The notes under the pieces: generated by a model
Database searches by the model: none
Told to the model about the DNA's origin: nothing
What the model saw: the letters and a program-made list of their open reading frames with translations, nothing else
Shown here: positions 1-9,433 of the stretch, in pieces
Numbering within the stretch: the first letter of the stretch is position 1
How the letters are laid out: each line of letters starts with the position of its first letter
Assembly (NCBI GenBank): GCA_904063045.1
Contig: CAJFCJ010000020.1
Coordinates: 736,916-800,915 of the forward strand
Direction: 5' to 3'
Origin: Dimorphilus gyrociliatus
Taxonomy: Eukaryota > Animalia > Annelida
DNA length: 64,000 bases
Translations under genes and position numbers: made by a program

Positions 1-3000
1 TTTTAAATAAAAAGTAGAAGTATCAGGAGGATTCTGCCCATATAGGGTGCTTAGTGTAGTGACGCCTTTCCCAACAGCTTGAAATTGCTCGTGCAGTAGC
101 GTTAAACACCAAACGCAAACAGCTACGTTTCCAAGGCATAGACAAACTAAATATGACTGTTGAATGTAGCTTTCAACGAGAAAGGCAATGAGAACTTTTG
201 ATTTTACAAGGATTTTCAATGCATTGTAGCACAAGAAGATAAACGTCGCTGCTGCGAAGAAAGTGCAAACTATGAAACGGACAAATAAAATATGGTTATT
301 TCGCCCTATGCACTTGTTTAAGAAGATCTGTCGATGATTAAAGATAAGGGGGAATAATATAACAGATATAGTTCGACATATTAATTAAAAATCGTTATCT
401 TTACACTTACACAGTGGTGATCCATACGCTCCATACATTGGTTGCATAGTCGGCAATGTTTCGTACCAGCCAGCGGTATTAGCTGTGTCGAAAATGCAAA
501 AGAACCTTTGTATAACTTCTCCAAACTATTTAACGTCAGAAAAATATGAAGGAGATTTATATACCTCGCAGTCAGAGCAAAAACTTTCGGGCTTAATAAG
601 TCCCTTAGCTATGTCTAAACAAGTGTAATCCGAACCATCCTCCTTCTGCGCATTCTGCTTCAGTACCCCTAACGAGAGCGATTTTTAAGGTTTCGAATAA
701 TTAATCTCTTTCAGCCCTACTTTACCTGGATCTTTCCAAAGAAGAAAAACGAATGATAAAGCTATGAAAGGAATGGAAATCACAGATCCAGCAGTTAAAA
801 TCGGATACAGAGGTGAGACTACTGGATATACTTTCCAGAAATAGCCGATAATTGTATGTAGAAGACCTCCACCGAACATACCCAGCCTATGAGGATTTGG
901 CCAACCGCAGACATGATTTATCCTTCAGGGAAAAGGAAGAGTAAATTATATTTCAAAATTCTAACCAAATCCTTTTAAAGCTCTCAATCCAAACCTTGCA
1001 TTTTCTCGAGAATAATGGAAGCCTAGGTATCCCATTGCCATCGTTGTGACAAGTCCTTGGGCATGGAGCGCCTCTCCTATAATCACAGCGAAGAAACATA
1101 CTGTCAACATCAAAGCCAACCCCCACCAATACAGTATAGGCCCCCTTACTTTAGCATCTTTCAGAGGCATCTTCATATGGTGTGCTAACAGATTAATAGT
1201 CTCTGTATAGCTGCAGGTGAAGAATCAATTAGGAGTAATATAAATCCAAGATAACTTTATAGTACCAATACGTAAGCATAATCATTTCTTATACATTCGT
1301 ATGTCATGGTCACAATACTATGATTAGAAGAGAGAAAATTGTACATTTTTTAATTAGGCTTTCATGCAGAGACGAAGCTAAACCGTACACGTGATACATC
1401 TACGTGACACCATTATATTCCAGAAAATAACTAAGAGAGGGAACGGAGAGAAAAAACAGATAGACAGATGCTATTTTAGCTTCCACTACAAATTCTTTAG
1501 TTTTATAAATAGTTATATTTACCTAGAACCCAATTGTAAAGGACTTCGACTGTGTTTATTTTTTTAAACAAAAATTTGAATAATTAACAATTAGTCTTTT
1601 ATAAAATTAAACTTATTCTTACGAGCCGGGAACTTTATCCTTAGCATTTTTTGCCATGTCGATCGGCTTAGATCCTTCATTATTAGTTATGTCTAGTAGA
1701 CGAAGACCTCCTTTCTCAAGGATAAGGAAAGCAGCTGTCGATAGACCAACTTGACAGGCAACCTATACGTTAAGACAAATAGGGAAAGGTTCAAGCATCT
1801 ATAAACTTTCGTTTTCTTAAAATAGCTATGTTTTTAATTCTAATTAATTACATGAAGGGGAGTATTTCCGTATTTGTCAGCTGACGATAGATTACTTCTC
1901 TGCAATAAAAAAAGAGAAAAAACCGCTTCATTGTGATATTCCGTCCACCAATAAAAAATGCTGTATACGTACATTATTCTTTAATAAAAACCGCAAGGCG
2001 GGAATATTCCTGCTCGCAACGATGTAATGAAGCGGAGTTAGTCCTTCGTTGCAAGCAGTTTTTGTACAAATTTGATGCATTTCTACTAGATAGTACATTG
2101 CTAACCTACAGAGAAATAGAATTATGGAGATGATTTATACAACACGATTATGAATATTTTTTTCTAAGAATAATTGTGTGGGCTTACACGCTTCCACCAA
2201 TGGCCGCATGGTGCATGACGTTTCTTCCAGTTTTGTCCTTTGCGTGCAGGTCACAACCGCTTTCGATTAAGGAATGCATGCATTCGATGTTTCCTCGCTT
2301 GGCAGCAAAAAATATAGGCGTATGCCCAAAATCGCTTTCCGCGTTTACGTCGCTTCCGTGTTGTATGAAGAGAGCAACCAAGTCACGATCACCTTTCAGA
2401 CATGCCTTATGCAACGGTGTGAGTCCGCCAGGACCTAAACAAAGGATTAACACAATAAAGTTAGAGGATAGCAAAAAGATAGCTTTTTAATATTCCATTG
2501 TAGAAAGAGGTAGATAGAGGGAAGAAAGACCGAATGAGTAAGTAAATTTTGAATGAAGAAGGAAGACGATCAAGACAGTTGAGAACTAGTCAACCTGTCG
2601 TGCAATAAAATAATTTCTGGCCGCCGTCTTTGAAGTTGTTTATTCTTAAGAGCGTTCGAAGTATACGTGATGCGGGAAGAGGATGTACTAGAGAATCTTC
2701 GCCTCCGGCAGGTCAAGACCTCTGCGAAGGCGTTCCGGAAAGTCGTGTTGAACATAGTGTAGATAATTGGATTGGCCAAGCTGGAGAGATAGCCAAGCCA
2801 AACAATTATGGCGACGCCGGTTGGTGAGAAAGAGCAATTAGTCTGACAAACAACAGAGAGTATGTTAACAACGAAGAAAGGCGTCCAAAGAATAACGAAC
2901 ACAGAAAATATTACTCCCAATACTTTAGACGCTTTCTTTTCATTGGAGGCAGTTCTTTTTGACATTATTTCACTTTTCCTTCGCTTGCCAGCTAAAGCTT

Positions 3001-4133
3001 CTTCATCTGAACCTGAACCTATAACCCTACCATGGACGGTCAGTTGATTCCGGCATAGAATTCTCAGGGTTAGCACGTAAGTAACTAGCATTACAGCAAA
3101 TGGAATGTAGAATGCGAAGACGGATCCATATAGCACGAAATCGCGTGACTTTGGTAAGCAGTAGGTTCCATCATAGACAGACGTCGTTCTCATTAGACCT
3201 AAAACGCAGACAGGACTCGATATCGCAATACTAATTAACCAAACAAAAAGGATCTTTGTGAGAACCCACTTGGCGGTTTTATTCCTACCGTACTTCATTG
3301 GATACTTAAGACTAAGCCACCGGTCCAATGACATAGTACACATATGCCATATGGATGCTGTACACATTAGAACATCGGCTGTTAGCCAGACAATACAAAC
3401 GCCTATACCCAACGTCCATTTACCGTCGTACAAGTCAACGGCAGTTCTAAGAGGCATAACTAAAATTGCGACAAACAGATCGGCAACAGATAAAGAAACC
3501 AAAAAATAATTCGTCATATTTTGAAGACGCTTATCTCTATAAACTGCAACGCAGACAAGAATATTCCCTGTACATGTAGCAATAATGACAGTAGTAACAG
3601 CTAAAAGTTCCCAGTTCCGTTTTGATTGTTGGACGGTAACGTTATTGAAGGGCGTCGAAAGATTCTCCATCGCCAGTGTGAGGCCCGAATGCCGATTAAT
3701 GCGGCGTCACGAGTCTAGACGTCGCTGACTGGCGTAGGAGTGTGAAAAAAAAAGTGCTCTTACCTTTGCTATTCACTATAGATGGATCATTTTGGACCAT
3801 TTCATTTATATTCTGAAAACTCATACAATCCACTGCCGCATGAATATCCAGAACATAGCCAACTTTACCATCTTCGTAATGCTGCAGTTTACCACCTGGT
3901 AGCATGGACATAGGGAGTCCTTGATTACCGTGACCCATATTGTTCATTTGAAACTGAACTAATTTTTTAGCAACTGCCTCCTTCTCTTCTATTGACATGT
4001 TAGCAAGCGTGACAGGATCTAACTTGGGCATGTTTCGCTCTGTTGTTTGACATTTGTTCGAGCATGGTATAACATCATTACCGTCTCCAACTCCGGTGCT
4101 CTTTAATGTAGGCTGATCCAGATTCTCCTTCAT
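1..4133 (-). CDS. Ankyrin-repeat DHHC palmitoyltransferase (ZDHHC13/17-like), multi-exon, 3' end runs off the window
   Basis: Exons join in frame: 4133-3764 (...IVNSK G|), 2434-2188 (PGGLTPLHKACLKG...), 2105-1973 (EGLTPLHY), then GNTPLH|VACQVG ankyrin exons, TM exons ending in KDPG (685-1176), FCSDCE|LIPLAGTKHCRLCNQCMERMDHHC (about 560-415) and |IFLNKCIGRNNHILF (about 327-1). Donors and acceptors checked are GT-AG and phase-compatible. Confidence 0.88.
2570..3670 (-). CDS. HTR2: 5-HT2-type serotonin receptor (class A aminergic GPCR), intronless, nested in intron 1 of the DHHC gene
   Basis: 366-aa single ORF with 7 TM segments: GNILVCVAV, LQNMTNYFLVSLSVAD, TM3 Asp in ADVLMCTASIWH, SLDRW, NEKKASKVLG, LWTPFF, WLGYLSSLANPIIY. 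The NWxxL N-terminal, NEKKASKVLG and WLGYLSS motifs match the 5-HT2 subfamily. Confidence 0.85.
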   Translation of the reverse strand: MENLSTPFNNVTVQQSKRNWELLAVTTVIIATCTGNILVCVAVYRDKRLQNMTNYFLVSLSVADLFVAILVMPLRTAVDLYDGKWTLGIGVCIVWLTADVLMCTASIWHMCTMSLDRWLSLKYPMKYGRNKTAKWVLTKILFVWLISIAISSPVCVLGLMRTTSVYDGTYCLPKSRDFVLYGSVFAFYIPFAVMLVTYVLTLRILCRNQLTVHGRVIGSGSDEEALAGKRRKSEIMSKRTASNEKKASKVLGVIFSVFVILWTPFFVVNILSVVCQTNCSFSPTGVAIIVWLGYLSSLANPIIYTMFNTTFRNAFAEVLTCRRRRFSSTSSSRITYTSNALKNKQLQRRRPEIILLHDRLTSSQLS

Positions 4134-4244
4134 TTTTTTTGTTTGCGTAGCGCTTAGATCTTTTATTCAAACCAATACTTTGATTGTAACGACGGCGAAT
4201 TTAATCAAAAAGCAATAATTTACTGACGGTATTCCTATTACAAA

Positions 4245-4252
4245 TGACGTCA
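4245..4252. promoter_or_regulatory. Full CRE palindrome TGACGTCA about 110 nt upstream of the DHHC start codon
   Basis: Exact motif in the putative proximal promoter. About 0.5 copies are expected by chance in 64 kb at this base composition, so support is weak. Confidence 0.3.
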
Positions 4253-6262
4253 AAACGGATTCCCCTTGGAGACGCAAGTTAAACTGTAGAGTATTAATAA
4301 TTAGTTTTTTTCTATACCCCCTATCAGTGTCGGCCTATGGCAGCAATTTCCGATTAACTCGTCTGGAATTCTCAATTTGACAAACTTTAAATGCGTATAT
4401 GTAAAATTTCTCAGCCTATGCTTAAGCTTTTATTACTTTCATGAAGTAACAAACAAATAAAGGCATATCAATACATATAGCTCTCTCAACTCTGCTTCTT
4501 TTTTTTACTATATTAAACACTTATATAAACAATCTTTTTACTATAAACAATATAACTATATAGATAGATAGATATATAGATAGATATAAGATATCTGGTA
4601 TATATTAAATATAAATACATTGAAAAGAGTGCCACGCTAAGAGATAATGAAGAAAGCGACTATTCTGCTTTTGCCGGACGACCGGATATTGAACACGCTT
4701 GTTCCAAAGTAACGAGGTTTTTTACAACTTAGAAAAAAAACTACCTCATAGATTGGTTAATGCATTAAACGGAAAACGCTTAGTAACAACATATTGATGG
4801 AAACGTTATCTACTGCTTAATTAGATAGTGATTGATACAAGAGAAATTAATATACACTTGCCGTAAGTGTTTGGCAATAGGAGGAGGGGCGTCGATTCCT
4901 ATTTATGGGCTCATGTCAAAAGGTTAAATCTTGAAGAAACTGGGTGCTGCCATCTTTCGTTTATGATTGAAAACGCATTTTTTTCGGTTCACTTAAAGTT
5001 AATAAATAAGCGTTGAAAAGAAACTAAACGAACGGAAGTGGGCTGATTTATTGGTTGTTCAGTTAACCGTTTGAAGAATTTATGTATTGTTTTCTAAGCG
5101 GTGTGTGTGTCTCAGACGAAAGGAAAAGGCGTATCAAATTTTATTAGAGGGGAACAAGTAAAAGGGGAAGAGGGGTGTCGGTTTGAACCGGTTTGAAAGC
5201 TGATGGAAAGTCACAAATCTTGTTTTAGGAAAATATCGCGTTAAATAGTAAACAGAGATGTGCATTAATAGCCTAAGGCCACTTGCTAATACATTTTCGG
5301 GTCAGTAGAAAATAGGTCAAAGCGTACTTTTCTTGCATAAAATCTTACATGTTTCGATTTTAATGAGTGTATAAAGCTACACGGAAACATATAACCGATT
5401 TTATCCGCAAAGTACAACTGCCAATACAACATTCTGTTTACAGAACGCGTTCTATCGTATACCACTTGGAAAGTTTTCTAGAAAGAGCGTCCAGGTGACG
5501 CCGTACGTGGCGCCACCGCTATTTTTTTCCCGCGCAAAACTTCATACGACTCACAAAAAACGCGGTAAAAACCTATGAATAATATTTTTTTTAAGTCTGG
5601 AATATTTCGAAATAAGGCGTCATCAACTTACTACCACCGTTGTGTATATCAGTCAAGTTAAAGCTTGTTTCGATCAAACTATATACGATATCCTTTGTAC
5701 TATTTTTTAAAACTATTGTATATTTGCCGCGTTCGAACAAGTCTTGTTCAACAACACTTAAGACTGTATTTCAAAAATATAATATTAGCCAGAAAACTTT
5801 AGTTATAAATACATAAATACATAGATTCGTCTCATTCATCATTCGCATTCATTCTTCGAGACGTATACCATATAAAATATTCAAGTTTCCCAGATATGCA
5901 TAGTTCATAAAAGCTAAAATCCTCTACATTCTTGATAATACATTTATATACAATTACGGCAAACGTAATATGACTTGTCGCAAGAATTCATCAAATAATT
6001 AAACACGCAGGAACAATTGCAGAGAGCACACAAAGTTAAGACATAATGCATCAGTCATATTACGAATTAAAAACCAAAGTATGTAGTATATTACATGCGA
6101 ACACAAATTTCACTATACTTTCAGACTAGTAGTTTACAAGTAAATTAATTAATATTACGCGCTTTTACATCTATAACATCTCCATTATAAAAGGCATTCC
6201 AAGTAAAAAATGATTTGAAAAAAAAACAAAATAAAAATCTCCTGATGGTCGACTAATTCGGC

Positions 6263-7132
6263 TCAAAAAATCTGAGGGAAAAGGGCAGCTTGTTGGGCAG
6301 CCTGTAGAGCGACAAGACGTCTTTGTGCCGCAAGAGCAGCAGCTGCGGCTTGAGGACCTTGATTGAACGGGCAGTGGCTGATTGTATGGGCCCGCTCTCC
6401 GGTTTGTAGACATAGCGGACATCTGTAGTGGAATAAAATGGGACAGGTAATCCTTCCTTCATCGTCCTTCAAGACGTGATTTGTATAGACCCATTCCTCT
6501 TCACCGTTATTCTTGCAAAATCGGCAGTAATTGATCTTGCTGCGTCTTTTCGATATCGGTGTCAGGCCAGCAGCAACTCTTTGCCTTTCTCTATCATATA
6601 GGAAAGCTTTAAACGCCAATTGCGCCATTTCAGGGGTTGGCTCGATACCAGGTGGCAAAAGATTCGTCAATCTGCTCTTCGCCGAATTTTTGGCGCCAAT
6701 TCTTCTATCGAATGGGTCCAATTCCCTTTCGATACCGTTCGACATGAAATCTTGTTGGGCAGCCAAAGCATATGGTTGATTCAGAACAGGTTGTTCAGGA
6801 AATAAAGCCTTTGTCGATTGTACTCTTCTAGCCATTTCTTGCATATCGTTCACCTGGTTCGCTCCATGTAAGCCCATTTGAAAATCAACGCCATTCGACC
6901 AAGTCTCTTTTGGCGGATTAATAAGCGGGAGCGACAGACCACTGTCATTACTATTAGGACGAGGAGATTCTGTTTCGCTGGAACTCGAAGTATTACCAGA
7001 CGAGCCGGCTTCGGAAAGAGTCACTGAAAAAGCAATTGATATCAATATAAATAAACGCAACGTCCGCGCGAAAAAAGGAACTATTAGCACGTGCTCTGAG
7101 TAATATGCAGAATATACGATAAATATATTCAT
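6263..7132 (-). CDS. nanos: Nanos (CCHC)2 zinc-finger translational repressor; true 5' end uncertain
   Basis: YCRFCKNNGEEEWVYTNHVLKDDEGRITCPILFHYRCPLCLQTGERAHTISHCP is the diagnostic nanos domain. The first 36 or so codons of the ORF may be intron or UTR (TTTTCAG acceptor near 7024). Confidence 0.95.
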   Translation of the reverse strand: MNIFIVYSAYYSEHVLIVPFFARTLRLFILISIAFSVTLSEAGSSGNTSSSSETESPRPNSNDSGLSLPLINPPKETWSNGVDFQMGLHGANQVNDMQEMARRVQSTKALFPEQPVLNQPYALAAQQDFMSNGIERELDPFDRRIGAKNSAKSRLTNLLPPGIEPTPEMAQLAFKAFLYDRERQRVAAGLTPISKRRSKINYCRFCKNNGEEEWVYTNHVLKDDEGRITCPILFHYRCPLCLQTGERAHTISHCPFNQGPQAAAAALAAQRRLVALQAAQQAALFPQIF

Positions 7133-7324
7133 ATTACTAATGTACCTGTATTATAATATACATTTAGTCATATTATACTTACAGCTTTGCAGTATATTCG
7201 TTAAATCCATGTTAAAAGCACGAAATTTCAGCAGAGAATTGAAGACTGGCGTACGCTAACGGACATAGTACGATTTTGGCGCTACGGAGCTAGAAATCCC
7301 GCTTTTTTTCGAACTATACGATCG

Positions 7325-7336
7325 CTGATTGGCTGG
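7325..7336 (-). promoter_or_regulatory. CCAAT box (NF-Y-like CCAGCCAATCAG) upstream of nanos
   Basis: Canonical RRCCAATCAG in a CpG-containing patch about 190 nt upstream of the nanos ORF. Confidence 0.3.
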
Positions 7337-9433
7337 CGTGCTTGTTGGGCGACAAAGGGAATTTATTTTTTTAGACTGGTGTCATTCCACTCTGAATAGT
7401 GAAAGTTCACGTTAGGGTTGGGAACTGGTTCCCATCGCGTCTCAACAAAGAAAGCGTCAACAAAGAAGCACCTGCCGGGATGGAAGGCGCGAAAAAGAAT
7501 CAAAATAAGATTTTTGGCGGGAAACAGTTATATAATCAGGTTATCGAAACTGCTGCTTGATAGGGGATGAGTAATAAACTAATAATCCAGAGCATAAATC
7601 TCAAATGAATTTAATAATTATAGGGTGAATCAGCAACAAGCACTTTCTAATTTTCGACAAGGGAAAGTGTTCAATCGTATGACGTCATTGTAATGACTAA
7701 ATGTGTCAGTAATTAGTCGACTCTATTAAATGATCGTAAAGCAATTGGTGAGCACTGCAAAGCCGATTAAAGTACTCAAAATTCAGATTTGTTTTTTAGC
7801 ACGCTGGTCGAAGATAAACGACGAGTGTTTGATTGTTCAAAATGCTTGCGCGTCCATCGACGGGTAATTTATAACATCGAAAACAGACGATGAGTTGTTT
7901 TCCCGCTTTAAATTTCATTAAAAATAGAACGACAGATGCTATACGGGCGGCTATAATTTTCGGTAATTCGCTCTGAAGTCTATGGCACTGACTCAAAAAA
8001 GCAGTTTAATTTTATTCTACTATAAAATCTTTAGGATATGAAAATTGTAAACTAGTTATCGAATTTCACTAGGCCTGTGAATGAAACATAGGAAGTAACA
8101 AAGATAATGTCAGATACGATAACAAGAGAGCAAAATTTCTGATAAAAAAAATATAGCTATAAGTGGTCTACTTGGGTTAATAATAACCATACTACAAATT
8201 TACTTTCTCTGATTCAGTTCAGACGGACTTGTCTATACTACTCAAGTCTATAGCAGAAGGCGCACGGGTCATATTTACCTCTACACTTAGACAGATGGCG
8301 CTATATGCGACAGCGATAATGAAGAAATCGGCGTTCGTGGCTTCAAAAGAAGTAGTCAACTTCAATTGACAATTCGGTGTATTGTTGAAATAACAACTAT
8401 TCGTAAAATGCTTTATTATTCTAGATCGTTGATCTCATTTACTATAAAATTTATCGTTTCTTGATAATAAAAAAAAAAAAAAGCTAATGCCATAAAATTA
8501 TCTTTTCTCATAAAACATAGCAATGAAAAGTATTGGTTTTTCAACTATCTATCGTAGTAATTGACCAATGACACTTAACGCACAGTGTATATAAATATAA
8601 CTCGGACTTAAACAAATTCTACATGCTCATGAGGGCGTATCGTAAGGGTAGAAGGAAATCAAAACTAATAGACATGGTGGTATATTCCTACATTTTTTTT
8701 ATACCTTCTAACAATATCACCTACATAACCTATCATTAAAATTATTTCCCGCCTTTTTTCTCTTTTATAAATACCTATCCCCTTCTCCACTCCCTCTTTA
8801 AGAAAGAATAGAATTATTTTATTTTTAAACAAAATTAACAAAAATCATTCCTATTCTCCCTCCCCTTCCTCTTCTCGGTAATAATAACGAAAAGTTGTAG
8901 CCTTTGTTTGTTTTCGAAGGCAAACGTAAATATACTATATAATATGAAAAGGATACTTTGTTTCTAAACCGTATCCAGTTACTTTGTATAAAATTTAATT
9001 TGTAGCAAACTTTTAGATAAGAAAACTTTTTGAAGTATTTCCTTATCTTATTTTTTTATTTGTTTTTTTCTTTTACTATAAACATATAAAAACACTAATA
9101 AAGTTGTCATATTCATTGTAAAAAAAGGAATGAAAGAAAGAAAATTATTAATAACTCTTCTATTATTCCTTTAATAAATATTTTAAAATAATTGCAATAG
9201 TTAATTTGTGTTTCATTTCATTGTTGAAATAATATATTGAACTGTTATTATTAATAGGTATGTTATTTAGCATTAAAACGCAAAGAGGTCTATTGAGAGA
9301 TAGAAAGAGAGAGAGAGAAGAAGAAGAAATCGATTATAGCCTATAAATAAACAATAAAAGGAATAGTCTAAAAAAAAAGTAAAAGAGGATAAAAATAAAA
9401 GCGAATGGATAAAAATAATCTTAAAAAAAAACG

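Noticed and set aside
2176-3509. Plus-strand ORFs 2176-2490, 2630-2827, 2862-3047 and 3258-3509
   Set aside because: Antisense shadows of the ankyrin and GPCR exons with no motifs.
3729-3763. Possible 35-nt mini-intron fusing DHHC exon 1 to the GPCR
   Set aside because: All nearby acceptors lead to stop codons before the receptor ATG.
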